Source: an uncultured virus (IMG/VR IMGVR_UViG_3300026549_001681) (taxonomy: Duplodnaviria > Heunggongvirae > Uroviricota > Caudoviricetes). From it: a DNA stretch of 64,000 nt. Of the stretch, positions 41,801 to 49,648 are shown in pieces. The position numbers and the translations under genes are program-made. The DNA is taken from the IMG/VR virus record IMGVR_UViG_3300026549_001681. The stretch is one strand, 5' to 3'. Under the pieces are notes generated by a model that had not been told where the DNA came from, did no database searches, and saw only the letters and a list, made by a program, of their open reading frames with translations. The number at the start of each line of letters is the position of its first letter. The stretch's first letter is position 1.

Positions 41801-41846
41801 CAGCCTCGTTAGCGAGAAGGACGATCTTTTTGATAAAATCCTTCAT
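32877..41846 (-). CDS. Giant sortase-anchored adhesin: S8 peptidase, possible thioester domain, SpaA-like domains, 9 VaFE repeats
   Basis: Signal peptide; VAVIDTG/HNGHGT/AAAGN/STSAA; LYCVE; nine ~115-aa VAFE repeats at about 33010-36360; RPMTG + TM + basic tail. Confidence 0.9.
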   Translation of the reverse strand: MKDFIKKIVLLANEAGKTVIRSNVVRRVVSSVIAFSVVLSPLAPEIAVFAADDGQNEEIIETTTSDPIETDVDEAVLPTEITLPDYSEYAIEEPVIVENDDIDVPDPSDDIDTTAPPADDTTETTVETSTEETTQTDTTTDATVVEPSDETVPTETEPSETSATDTTVEPTESVTEPTTGTTETQQPVEETVCNIVTATSADEYFKLVSELPEGYQRIIVDTTVDLSSLKCAAGVYYDGTYILVFDDADTAASAVYFCDTNGYEYAVEGVLGVCGDGDDVIDAQINPDAKVRVAVIDTGSNLANESYSVIGDDVADHNGHGTAMSAYVLNETDDAYIISIKALGDDGRGNMTDVYAAVQLAEELGVDYILMAISIRDNGLYDAFKTLIANTNAQVVAAAGNNGANASRYLPAGIDGVITVGALDENCLLSSYSNYGDCVEYYVMADSTSAATAIALGVIIDGRVDMLPDTYPEVHESFEHFLIGRAEDDEFVFITDYPVNSEYINVYEPDAFYIPDLFGGNLTTSTGYNAYLSEENNTTIDGDTLYCVESAKMVPEQSVDQYGRHYNEYGKIDWDDDDDNNAKPFTDSPNVSWVRGTQAACAFGPAGELYSYGVDWWKTHDTGNVIPSSVKNNSTQMKQAMYVITHLLVCRAYGDSWPSGISSNFQSLLDSYYNYVLGVRQGTTTIPGVILSDWWCEWYQCCSYAASGEWSNAEQRYIYNTDYQVVTRGNAGVTHLAQFSAKKQISSDDLKNLTNHTYTFGLYTTSGSKVADGSAVISSGYTSGTVDVTWSNVGSTYQVSADKKTLYLPLGVTYELRETTETIGGRALKTPSGMTAGNGYFYYRFTASSFTTPYTFTATNSVDNATFRLTKKITATHADLLKGQTYNFEVYDTSASNTRVATGTAAVPANATGSSSIAVVWANVNESAGYHLYNNDNTTLDLIPGHNYQVRETTMTTVNGGALDTPSGWTKAASYFYQNFTAGTTGTALTVTNDVSNVDISLTKASTNPAITNSNSCYSLAGTSYGLYESQADANANANRIATFTVGADGKTTTTYTSEYGKTYYLKEITAGKGYVLDRAVYKVDVSSAGVVTITVASGAASAAPSATKSGNTYYLNVKDAPGHDPLNIALRKVDKDGDIVHNATLAGAKFRISYYAQDLGASGNNDATATVIYEYTLAGSSASIGLSDLRALTPVGGSDPNYLKSLPADWYEYPYGTIRIQEIQAPAGYMINDQIVRYRLGTTVTRTVENNSAYSNRNYWNQLADGTLALTELPEVGYYALTKSLDDTDIRSDLAGFQYELYNTSSQATPVQIATGVSQADGRVLWTYTVQDYYQNTDTTKLLTGTTTYSLELPASEQNASGVQVPISYQVREIKSSIPVTYGNTGIAYTYNVPKTSGVAWSNATDYYYKSVTVSNNDTTREDVVNDYDYAGLNVNKVVPNQNPFDMTKVTFKLYNTNGGTDTLIANGTVDSRGNVTWNRVHSSGYGVTPKSSVNVINYLPLGSYRIEEIWDKDYLDVNTSVSILIEEENTNGWTKSETRTTYTYSYNLTLNTDKEVRAISVENRANVQKFNLTKTVTVAGDASTIQAQLYLVTGNVETLVAEGTCATTGVGTFGFTWTYNGTHVTENGLDTLVLPVGQYRVVELCPTTYYKTTQVPYTYKTPAGYSARTVGGQLQFYQDFTLAKGDFATLSSNMENVRIEGSFDIIKTERSGDGTTKTFTFEVYYRGNGATASSTSTLVERVNITTTNGTGSASLTKLPEGWYEIREVNNTGSSWTTHWINNATVSGGNKVVRLDSSNRTNATPTVHDSVKENGTELNAVAVYNDVAPEIRTTLVDRNTTDHVAASAKTATLEDTVTYKNVLPGHYVVTGVLMDKKTGSPLLDKSGNQITASKAFDVPTELDSYGQPKPQSGTVKVTYTLDTTIIKDVTLVAYETLHEASATGTVVAKHEDISDADQTVYIPDLKTTLTDSATGEHISSYAATAKLVDTVSYSNLLPGKTYTLSGELMNKKTGQSLGITATKDFTPTTSSGTVDIEFTIDTTVIKGVTAVAFEKVTYNGTEVAIHTDINDEDQTVEIPEIGTTNIDQATGNQVVGYKTSEIIVDTVKYTNLIPGKEYTVTGELYNKSTGRSLGITATKKFTPAQSNGSVAVEFTVDSTLLAGVTIVAYETVTYKNVKVASHADINDKEQAVYVPEIGTTFIDDTTKEHISAYDKTAKLVDTVSYKNLVAGKEYTVTGTLMDKKTGKELLDAQGKAYIVSKTFTAAASSGSVDVEFTIDTTVIKDVTVVAFENMYHNNVLIAVHADINDVDQTAYIPDLKTTLKDTVTGEHVAAETTVELVDTVKYSNLLPGKEYTVSGVLVNAKDGKEMKDSNGASITASTTFTPTTTSGSVDITFKFSSGILKGTSVVAFEDLKYNNIKVATHADISDKDQTVDFPEIHTTLVDTKTKEHIAGQETTIELVDTVAYTNLNPDYEYTMTGTLMDKSTGKGLLDKDGKNVTASKTFKPDAASGTVEIVFTFDGSLLKGDTLVAFENLKYNDKSVATHNDINDVDQTVDIPELKTSFFDLEIGETEDFVRAAQNVTLVDRVYYTNIQPGLEYTVYGSIMVKETNEAFKDADGNAVIVSKTFTPSSATGYVDVEFVVDTTLVAGKTLVAFETLDYNGITLVIHANIDDEDQTVHVPDVHTTATDNDNKTHTLTYKERVTVVDKVVYDNLIPGKTYVVEGTLYNAETGAVYTDTEGKTYKASVEFTPTSASGSVDVIFKDVLVPYTYTKAVVFEDLYDKNSGVKIATHADISDEEQTFERPVAITSATVDSQKVVWLENTEVRDLTLVDTVTYKGLEVGSEYRAEATLYKGDGTQLMKDGKPVTASVVFVPTARDGSVDVSITFSTEGLAEGDTVVVFEKIFDVATTAEKTAGTQTTDLLIAKHEDINDKDQTITIHFRPMTGFADTPYVTIGGTLILLALGGIAVMQYVRKRKENAEEQR

Positions 41847-41929
41847 TTGAATTCCTCCTTGTTTAGAGTGTGATATATTTTCCAAGTTTCACTTGAAACA
41901 AATTAAAAAAGCCCCGCAAGATACGGGGC

Positions 41930-42020
41930 GGACACAAAAGCTATTGTGTTGTGTGTTGCGTATGTTGTGACCGTGTTTGTTATGCCTGTCACAACAGGTG
42001 TGTGTCGGTGTTGTGTGTTA
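41930..42020. repeat. GTTGTG/CACAAC motif cluster
   Basis: Dense TTGTG/TGTGT/CACAAC motifs upstream of the adhesin gene. Confidence 0.65.
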
Positions 42021-42162
42021 TCGATATACTCTTTATACCTGACATTTCAAACAGACCAGGTCGAACCGAACTGTCCTTTTTACTTTGTCAAAGTTTAGTA
42101 AGAGTTATGCGGCGGTTTCCATGTTCATTTAGCCTCGCCTGAAGGCTGGCAGATCAGTTTAC

Positions 42163-42310
42163 AAAAACAAATAGTGCAGGGGATTTTCTTTCCCTGCACT
42201 ATTTTTGCAAGTATATTATATCACCTTCTCCGGATGTCAAATCTGGAGGGGGAAAATCACCTTATTCGGGAGTTTCGCCATTTTTGGAGAATATTTTGTA
42301 ATATTTCTCC
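42163..42310 (-). promoter_or_regulatory. Conserved box + promoter + leader terminator, copy 4 (heads adhesin)
   Basis: Box 42253-42272, TTGACA-14-TATAAT, AATAGTGCAGGG/CCCTGCACTATT hairpin; palindrome at 42286-42310. Confidence 0.8.
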
Positions 42311-42511
42311 GAGAAATCAGGCAAAACTGAAGTGTACTGTATAATAATATCAGACAATATCTGTATCCGAAACCGAATATAGGCACCATCTGCCAAGAAA
42401 AATATATTCTCTATAAATGAAAAAAGACGGAAGCGGTGTACGGGGTTGCCGTTCCTGCTTCCGAATATAGTATTTCCTTATTACAGTCAATCTTGCTTAA
42501 GTGATTATTTC

Positions 42512-43240
42512 CTATATACCTCTCATAATTTCCGAAAGAAGCGTCTGTTCTGCTTCGTGTTCTTTTATAGGCTTAATGCCCTGGACGGGTTCCATCTCGT
42601 CTCCGTTCAATAAGACTGAGACATCGCAATCAGGTATCATCCATCTGTTAAATACACCCGGACGTTCCCTGAGCTTGTCCTTCATGATGCACCACATCTT
42701 ACGGTTCACGTCCCAGCGTGCACCGAGAGCTTTGGCTTCATCTTTCTCGGAGAAGGGAACATTGAGATAAACAACATTGCCTATCGTGGATCCGGCACAA
42801 CTTATGCCCGTGATCTGCTCGACTCTGACTGATAATCCCGGGTTAAACCTCCAGGGATATTCAGACCTTATCCGCCACCACTCGAAGGCTCCGAGTATTT
42901 CGTGCTTCGCAATGTCTTTCGGGACTCCGTTGACTTTGCAGTACCAAGCAAGAGCCTCTTTCTTTTTTCCGTCAACATTAGCCTTGCCAAAATGCAGTAC
43001 CATGTGACAGTTCTCACAAACAGGCACGATATCCCTGAGATCGACCGTGTGAGTTTCATCATTGTATTTCCATACCTCGTGAGCATGGAGTTTGTTAGGC
43101 TGTGTCTGTGCATCACAGAACGCACAGCAACCGCAGGAACAGACCTTGTCACGAACTTCATTCCAGTTAGGCAGAAAGTGTGCCAAAGACTTATTCCAAA
43201 GCGTTCTGGGAACAATGTTGAGTCGTAACGGACGGGGCAT
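42512..43240 (-). CDS. HNH-like nuclease fused to DUF5710
   Basis: CAFC..HAHE..CENCHMVLHFG; YLNVPFSEKDEAKALGARWD. Confidence 0.75.
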   Translation of the reverse strand: MPRPLRLNIVPRTLWNKSLAHFLPNWNEVRDKVCSCGCCAFCDAQTQPNKLHAHEVWKYNDETHTVDLRDIVPVCENCHMVLHFGKANVDGKKKEALAWYCKVNGVPKDIAKHEILGAFEWWRIRSEYPWRFNPGLSVRVEQITGISCAGSTIGNVVYLNVPFSEKDEAKALGARWDVNRKMWCIMKDKLRERPGVFNRWMIPDCDVSVLLNGDEMEPVQGIKPIKEHEAEQTLLSEIMRGI

Positions 43241-43258
43241 AGAAATACCTCCTGATTA

Positions 43259-43654
43259 TTACCTGGCATAGCCGAACACTTCGGGATCCAGATCATACAA
43301 AGACGCGTCAATACTCAGACCGTCTATACTATCTGCAAGTGCCGGTTCTTCAAACTGGTGTTCTTTAATCATTCTCATAACGAGACCGAATATCTCACGA
43401 CCGCCTGTCGCAAAACCGTGCTGATACGCGTTTAGATCTGACCGCGTACAAGTCTCGGCGCATTTTTGTACGGCAGTAAAGACGAATTCTTCGAAATCTT
43501 GTCTGCCTTCGGTCTCAAAAGTCTTGGCAAGAAGCTCCAAAGCCTGAACCTTGCCGTCTGAGTAACCGAGGTCAAATTTATAAGCAGTCTTTATATTATT
43601 CCTGGTTTGTATTTCCCTGATTAACGATGTGTCGATATATTCCTTGATTAGCAT
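43259..43654 (-). CDS. Hypothetical protein, YxxG(F/Y)xxG module family
   Basis: RBS before MLIKEY; AYQHGFATG. Confidence 0.65.
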   Translation of the reverse strand: MLIKEYIDTSLIREIQTRNNIKTAYKFDLGYSDGKVQALELLAKTFETEGRQDFEEFVFTAVQKCAETCTRSDLNAYQHGFATGGREIFGLVMRMIKEHQFEEPALADSIDGLSIDASLYDLDPEVFGYAR

Positions 43655-43762
43655 ATCAATACCCCTTCTGAAATAGTACAGGCCGCATGGCAATAAACCA
43701 CACGGCCGGCATAAGAAAGCGACTAAACTTTGTATGATAGTCGCTTATGAATAATTCTTTTC

Positions 43763-44197
43763 TTAGTGAGTAAAATGCTGTTGTTCTATCATTGCATAGA
43801 TATCATCAAGATCAGGTTGCTCGACTCCGGGAACATCCTGGTAGGGGATAGGCTGATCGAAACCGTTTAAGAGATACATTCCTTCATGGAGCTTAAAGCG
43901 GCGTTCTCCTGCCTGGGAAACATACTCGCTGAACATACCTGTACTTATTTTCTTAAAGCTCTTCTTTTCCATGGATCTCATATCATCGTAATGGATAACG
44001 TCAGTGGGATGTTCGGCCTTAAAAGCATCAACAAAATCCAAAGCCTCGTCAAGTTCCTTGAAAAAACGCTCTCCGCTTTCGGCAGCAGGGCTGCAATAGG
44101 GAACAAGGGTATCACCATCTTCTGTTAAAAATAAATGTACTTGATAAGCCTGTCGACCGAAAAGTATTCCATCATTCAATTTGATAACATACTGCAT
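43763..44197 (-). CDS. Hypothetical protein
   Basis: GGAGG RBS, 144 aa. Confidence 0.7.
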   Translation of the reverse strand: MQYVIKLNDGILFGRQAYQVHLFLTEDGDTLVPYCSPAAESGERFFKELDEALDFVDAFKAEHPTDVIHYDDMRSMEKKSFKKISTGMFSEYVSQAGERRFKLHEGMYLLNGFDQPIPYQDVPGVEQPDLDDIYAMIEQQHFTH

Positions 44198-44254
44198 AAT
44201 AATTCCTCCAAAAACTTAAAATCAGTGGGACGGTTGTTCATGTTAAAAATCCGT

Positions 44255-44437
44255 TTATCTGCCTAACCCACTTTGTTGAATATACTGCACAAACGAATCC
44301 GTGAGCGGTATCTCTCTGGTATAATCCTCGTTAAGCGGATCGTCCCAGATGAGAGCTCTTCACTCGTTACTCGCAGCGTTTGCAAATACTGCGCTATCTG
44401 ACATTCTCAGTGGCTTGTCATAGGATAATACCTCCAT
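44255..44437 (-). pseudogene. Interrupted ORF remnant ending SGLGR
   Basis: In-frame TGA followed by RALIWDDP..QQSGLGR*. Confidence 0.4.
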
Positions 44438-44443
44438 ACAACT

Positions 44444-44466
44444 AAAAGGCACCCGAAGGTGCCTTG
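44444..44466 (-). terminator. Intrinsic terminator after the kinase cassette
   Basis: AAGGCACC/GGTGCCTT stem plus T run. Confidence 0.75.
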
Positions 44467-44496
44467 TAACATTAGAGTTAACATGTTTTAAGAACA

Positions 44497-44775
44497 TTAC
44501 TTCTTGGGCCACTTGACGCCCGCAGCATCTTTAATGCCCTGGTAAACATAGTATTCTTTCAGTTCGCGTATACATTCTTCGGGTAAGATACGTTCACGAA
44601 GACACCAGTTCAAGTCACAGTTAAGTTCGGTTCTCAAACAATCGTCGAGGTACAGTATCTCCGGTTCGGTGCGCTGCTCATCATTGAGCCAATCGACCAA
44701 GCGGTCTATATCTTCTTGTACTTCGTTGGGAATGTCGTAATCGACTTTTAGTTTTTCAAAGTGGTACTTGTTCAC
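44497..44775 (-). CDS. Small acidic protein coupled to the kinase (candidate antitoxin)
   Basis: Starts 1 nt after the kinase stop, GGAGG RBS. Confidence 0.65.
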   Translation of the reverse strand: MNKYHFEKLKVDYDIPNEVQEDIDRLVDWLNDEQRTEPEILYLDDCLRTELNCDLNWCLRERILPEECIRELKEYYVYQGIKDAAGVKWPKK

Positions 44776-44776
44776 A

Positions 44777-45766
44777 TTATGCCTCCCCGAGAATCCTACG
44801 GCAAATGGTGTCCAGTTCGGTTTGCGAAAACTGTTGGCCAGTCTGTAATCGCTTTTGAGCCTCGGTGTCGGGATGCCCGTTCTTGATTAGGGTATAAGCA
44901 CAATCTATTATGTAATTCTTTCTAAACTCCAAATACTTTTTGTAGAAAGCACGTCTGACATCGCTTACGGCAGGAGTATCGTCTATAATCGTGTTGATCT
45001 TATCCAAGTTAATCTTGGGTTGGACGCGTAACAGGGCTGCACTACACTCTTTATCGTAATCGGATGCCAGCATATCATAAAAGCCAACTTTACCAGTCTT
45101 TTCCTTTGTGAGATATAAGACAGGAGAAGGAAAGATATAACATCTTTCCAAAAGCGCCCGGTCACTGTTGCCAATTTGTTCCATTCCTTCGTCCGACAAC
45201 TGTGGCAAAAGCGTACTTCCATAATCATAAGTTGGGGCTAAGTCAATCCAGCGATCGGAGGCCAAGAAACCCCAGTTCCCAGTATGGCGGTCGAAATTCC
45301 CAAGCAATGAATCAACTATGAAAGTATCCCAAAAACGCTCTATTGCTCTTTGACGAAGACTTTCCGGGAAAACCTCCGCGTTGTTATAAACGGAGTATAT
45401 CTGTTCCAAACGTACAAATTTGCGGGAGTCCTTAGAGTTATACAGTATTCTGAGTAATTCCTGGAACTCCAGATTATCTTCGCCTCTTCCGCGGAAGTCA
45501 AGACAGGCCACAACCGCCTTGCCCTTATAAGTACCCAATAGAGTTTCGTGAGCAGGCAACCCAACAGACTGTGCTATGTGAGAACCAAGATATTCAGACA
45601 ACACGCTGTTAGTGTAACTCGTCGAAATGTCATGTTTCTTTTCGTGCACATCCTCAAACTTCAGCATATATACTCTGCCTTCATACAAGCAAGACAACTT
45701 CTGGTCACTACCGCCATACGAACGATAAATAAGCTGACTGTTTGAAAAATCGATGAGTTCGGTCAT
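44777..45766 (-). CDS. HipA/CtkA-like kinase
   Basis: YGGS..K, YMLKF, SEYLGS, D.LLGNFDRH.GNWG, LAP.YD.GS. Confidence 0.88.
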   Translation of the reverse strand: MTELIDFSNSQLIYRSYGGSDQKLSCLYEGRVYMLKFEDVHEKKHDISTSYTNSVLSEYLGSHIAQSVGLPAHETLLGTYKGKAVVACLDFRGRGEDNLEFQELLRILYNSKDSRKFVRLEQIYSVYNNAEVFPESLRQRAIERFWDTFIVDSLLGNFDRHTGNWGFLASDRWIDLAPTYDYGSTLLPQLSDEGMEQIGNSDRALLERCYIFPSPVLYLTKEKTGKVGFYDMLASDYDKECSAALLRVQPKINLDKINTIIDDTPAVSDVRRAFYKKYLEFRKNYIIDCAYTLIKNGHPDTEAQKRLQTGQQFSQTELDTICRRILGEA

Positions 45767-45910
45767 GTCTTTCGTATCCTTTCTTATCTCTAAACAATTA
45801 TACCATTTATCTCAAAAGCTCAGGAGAGCAGAACGTATAATCCCAATCGTCAGGATAATTTTCTGCTCCCGGATGAGACTCTGTATCAATATGCAGATTG
45901 ACATTCTCCT

Positions 45911-46372
45911 TTATGCTCTTCCTAACCACTCAGGCGGAATCTCCAGTTGTCTCAAATGCTCTCTAACCACCATCAATATCTTACCAAGATTATTAGCGCC
46001 CTGTCCGTCGACAGTACCCCAGATGCGATCACCCCAAGTATTACCTTCTTCCAGGTAAGTGTCGCCGGTGTCAAGGAGCTTCCAGGCAAGTTCGGGGTTC
46101 TGAGTAAATTTAGCTTCGACTACGCCACGCATAACCTGAATCTTAATTTGTTCCCAATCTTTACGAAGCCGAATCTCGCGCCCGAGTTTCTTCGCCTCAG
46201 TAGGATTAAGCTTAGTGAACTTAGAGCGATCTTTCGGATCAATGCACTTCTGCGCTTGGAACGCAGCCTCATTATTATTATAGGTCAGACCTTCGAAAAC
46301 GACAGGCGCAACGTAGAAGTTGCTTAGGAACTCATATTTGCCTGTAAAGGAATCGATCTTATTATCTTTCAT
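45911..46372 (-). CDS. NADAR (YbiA-like) family protein, C-terminus LGRA
   Basis: FLSNFY, EAAFQAQK, AKKLGR..LRKDW, KFTQNP.L..LL.TG, D.IWG..G.N.LG.ILM.VR. Confidence 0.93.
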   Translation of the reverse strand: MKDNKIDSFTGKYEFLSNFYVAPVVFEGLTYNNNEAAFQAQKCIDPKDRSKFTKLNPTEAKKLGREIRLRKDWEQIKIQVMRGVVEAKFTQNPELAWKLLDTGDTYLEEGNTWGDRIWGTVDGQGANNLGKILMVVREHLRQLEIPPEWLGRA

Positions 46373-46527
46373 CAAGTTCATCCCCATTCTTGTAACTGAT
46401 ATCAATGAATTTAGGCAAAGAACCGAATTATATAAAACCCCAGGGTACCTGTATCATAACGTGTATATGTTAAATCGAGCAACAATAGATGATTGTATTA
46501 ACTTATACGAATATTATACAAAACACA

Positions 46528-47022
46528 TTAAGTCGTTTCAGCGGGCAAATACTCATCTCTTTGAGTCGTAACAAGGTATTGAATCAATTCGTCTTTGCAT
46601 GATAAAGCATTAAGAAACAGATATGTTTCAGGAAAAACATCTTGGATAAAATCAATCAAGTCATGGGTTTCAACGCTGTGTAATGTATTAACCGGAATTT
46701 CAATTTTCTTTAGCAAACCAGCTTTGTAGTATATTTCAAATGTCAATTCATTCCACGACTCATAAAATGAGGCAAAGAACATTTTTGCTTCTTTCAAATC
46801 TTTTACTCTGGCCGCAAATAAAACGGCATCTGCAAACTGATCGAATAAAGCATCGGTTCTACCATTAGCCCAAAAGTCAAGTTCCGGGAATCTTTTCCAC
46901 AACTTTCGGTCAAAACACATTCTCTGGTCAAAATCACATTCCCAGGTATGCCCATATTTTTGATAGTAATAATCTCTGCCAAATAGTGAACGGTTAGTTA
47001 TAGAAGTTATGGTTTCTTTCAT
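46528..47022 (-). CDS. Hypothetical protein, AT-rich
   Basis: 164 aa in a visibly AT-rich segment between the 34-bp repeats. Confidence 0.65.
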   Translation of the reverse strand: MKETITSITNRSLFGRDYYYQKYGHTWECDFDQRMCFDRKLWKRFPELDFWANGRTDALFDQFADAVLFAARVKDLKEAKMFFASFYESWNELTFEIYYKAGLLKKIEIPVNTLHSVETHDLIDFIQDVFPETYLFLNALSCKDELIQYLVTTQRDEYLPAETT

Positions 47023-47067
47023 ATCAGCGTTATTCTTTCTTCAACCTGATTCATTTCAGCTTCAGTT

Positions 47068-47988
47068 TTATGCTCTTCCTAACCACTCAGGCGGAATCTC
47101 AGTATAGTTCTCTTTCTGTCTGCCTAATTCCTCTACCACATCCATACCTGACTTTTCCATCCCGCCGGATAACTTGTAAGCACCAACCCAGGCATCATAA
47201 CAGCCAATAACAAAACCCTGATTATATTCGCTGCGCTGAGGTAAAGAAGATTGTTCTTTGAAATAGTCGACACGTTCTTTGATATAATTCGCAAGCTCGT
47301 CTCCTGACTTTCCCGAATCATTATTGGCAAGGGAAGAGTAGGTCTCAAAGCAGCCTTTGGCATATCCGTCCCAGTAAGCGTTTTTCTGAGGCTTATTTGA
47401 CTCGACATAGAAATAGGCTTTCCGCGCCATGACAAAGCCTTTCAGATTACCTTCAGCCATTGCTTTTTTAGCTGCATCAATACGAGACTGTTGTTCAAGC
47501 TGCTCGTCTATGAGCATATCTCTGGCAGGACCGGTTATATGGCCCTGAGAAGCCATCTCACGCGCTTTGTTGATTGCGGCGAATGATTTATCGTATTCCG
47601 CCTCCGCAGCCTGTATAAGCTCTTTGACGTGATCTGCAATGATATTCTGCCAAAGGTCGTTTTCTGCGATCTCACAATCCTGTCTGTTTTCAAACTCTGA
47701 AACAAGATGCTCATAGTTGATAGGGAGTGTATCCATGTTATAATGTCTGTCTTTTCGACAAATGTCACGACCGTCAAAGTATTCCTTGACCTGAGCATGT
47801 GCATCTTCGAGCATATATTCGTGGTCAACTTCGCGGAAGATCTGTTCTGCGGTCTTCGCATTAACAGCACCTATTGCTTTGGCAGCAACATCATACTCAG
47901 CCTGAGTCATATCACCTTGTCGAACCATTTCGTTCATTGTCTTAACGATTTCATTGTATTCGAGAAATTCTTTTACTCTATTGTCCAT
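47068..47988 (-). CDS. Modular hypothetical protein, C-terminus LGRA
   Basis: AGGAG RBS; shares modules with 50820 and 43259/50407/56861. Confidence 0.75.
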   Translation of the reverse strand: MDNRVKEFLEYNEIVKTMNEMVRQGDMTQAEYDVAAKAIGAVNAKTAEQIFREVDHEYMLEDAHAQVKEYFDGRDICRKDRHYNMDTLPINYEHLVSEFENRQDCEIAENDLWQNIIADHVKELIQAAEAEYDKSFAAINKAREMASQGHITGPARDMLIDEQLEQQSRIDAAKKAMAEGNLKGFVMARKAYFYVESNKPQKNAYWDGYAKGCFETYSSLANNDSGKSGDELANYIKERVDYFKEQSSLPQRSEYNQGFVIGCYDAWVGAYKLSGGMEKSGMDVVEELGRQKENYTEIPPEWLGRA

Positions 47989-47999
47989 GTTAAACTCCT

Positions 48000-48371
48000 T
48001 TACGCTCTTCCAAAGCCACTCTGTTGAAGGTCCAACACAGGAGCCTGATAAGGGGCAGGCTTCTCCATCCAGGCAATTACTTCAGGCTCACCGCTCACGC
48101 CGTTTACCATGAGCTTTCCTAACGGAAGCCATCTTCCCTCGTGGAATACCTGGTCTCTCGTTACAGATTTACCGTTAAAAGTGACGGTGACATAATAGAC
48201 ACCATCAGACTCCGGTTGTTTTTCACTGCACGGTGTCCAGTCCGGAGCTGGTGGGATATCATTGATAAGTTCTTCTAAACTGCCCATTTCACCATCTGGG
48301 CCGCAAATTATCCAACCAGCTTTCCGCAGTTCTTGTTTCAATGCACTGCGACTTATCTTGTTTGTATCCAT
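48000..48371 (-). CDS. DUF551-like protein, C-terminus FGRA
   Basis: WTPCSEKQP...VIAWM..P.PY. Confidence 0.7.
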   Translation of the reverse strand: MDTNKISRSALKQELRKAGWIICGPDGEMGSLEELINDIPPAPDWTPCSEKQPESDGVYYVTVTFNGKSVTRDQVFHEGRWLPLGKLMVNGVSGEPEVIAWMEKPAPYQAPVLDLQQSGFGRA

Positions 48372-48384
48372 GTTCTTTTCTCCT

Positions 48385-48780
48385 TTACACACCGCGCCCG
48401 AGATCTATTTCAGGCACTTTATACGGACTTGGCCAAGGCTGCCAAGCTATAACCTCGAAAGGTATCACGTCACCTTCGGCATCGTTCCAAGTCTCTCCGT
48501 CATAGCCGACGGGATAAGGAAGAACGGTTTCGAAGTCCTCCTGCGTTTTCCGATCCGTATCCCAGACAGTTACCATGCAGCCAAAAGCCTCTTTGGGCAG
48601 GCCCTCGGTTACGGGAGTCCAGTCCGGAGCAGGCGGGGCATTGTCGATTGCATAATTCAACAATGACCAAAGATAATCAGCGTCAGCTATAATTCCAACC
48701 TTTGTTGCTTGTGCAATATTTGAATTTATTGTCTCTTTCAAGCCCTCACGACTGATCTTGTCATCGTTCATAAGAATCAC
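48385..48780 (-). CDS. DUF551-like protein (tandem paralog), C-terminus LGRGV
   Basis: WTPVTEGLP...VIAWQPWP.PY. Confidence 0.7.
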   Translation of the reverse strand: MILMNDDKISREGLKETINSNIAQATKVGIIADADYLWSLLNYAIDNAPPAPDWTPVTEGLPKEAFGCMVTVWDTDRKTQEDFETVLPYPVGYDGETWNDAEGDVIPFEVIAWQPWPSPYKVPEIDLGRGV

Positions 48781-49340
48781 CTTCCTCGCATATTTTCAAT
48801 AAAATTCGAGGATAGCTCTTCATACACCGGAAGCAGGACTTGAGCCCACTCTTTCTGCTGCTTACCAAGCCCGGTAGTTGTGACAGTGCCAAGAGCCTTA
48901 TATACGCGTTCAATGTTCGTTATGCCGATTCCTGCCGCTTTACGCATATCGGCCAATACATCGGGTCTGTCCCTCATATCAATAGCGACTAAGGACTGCG
49001 GATCGACAAGTTCCTGCCAATCAAACTCACTTGGCAACTTGCGACACAAAGGAAGAAATCCATCGACCATATTGTCGCCGATGTTCCAAACATGGTATCT
49101 GGAGTCCGGTATCTTATCGACAATGGTAAACCTGTCAACACTTGACGCCAGCGGACTGTAATTTAAGATTTCTTTCTTGTCGGGACACTGAGCGTCAATG
49201 CCATCCATTGCCTCTGCAAAAGAGTCTGTGTATGCAATCGTCTGAGCAGGGGAGACGGGATCGTAAACACGATAGTGCTCACGTTCTTTGATATATTCGA
49301 CCATATAGCCTTTATAACCGAGTAAAACTGCATTGTTCAT
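48777..49340 (-). CDS. Hypothetical protein, C-terminus MRGR
   Basis: Start MNNAV after GGAGG. Confidence 0.65.
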   Translation of the reverse strand: MNNAVLLGYKGYMVEYIKEREHYRVYDPVSPAQTIAYTDSFAEAMDGIDAQCPDKKEILNYSPLASSVDRFTIVDKIPDSRYHVWNIGDNMVDGFLPLCRKLPSEFDWQELVDPQSLVAIDMRDRPDVLADMRKAAGIGITNIERVYKALGTVTTTGLGKQQKEWAQVLLPVYEELSSNFIENMRGR

Positions 49341-49648
49341 GACCAACCTCCGTAACTTTCTTAATGTGACTAACCTTAAAATCATAAGCTCCGACAGTGA
49401 AACAACCGGGTTTTCTGTAACCGTATAGAGCAGAAAAATCTTTGGTAAAACCAAGTGTGCCTTCAACCTTTTGGCCGTCATTAAATTCAACACAAACACG
49501 GGCTCCGACCAGTTTCATTAGTTTTTCTTTTTTCATAGTCGCATGTCTCCTGGATCCTTACATACCGCGACCACAAACATCCAGGCTTATTTCGGGCCCA
49601 TATTTTGCCTGTGCTACTGAACGGGATTTCCGTCTTTATAGTTGCTAT

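Larger units (their letters stand above)
45910..47100. repeat. 34-bp perfect direct repeat (45910-45943 and 47067-47100) encoding EIPPEWLGRA*
   Basis: tttatgctcttcctaaccactcaggcggaatctc is present twice. Confidence 0.95.
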
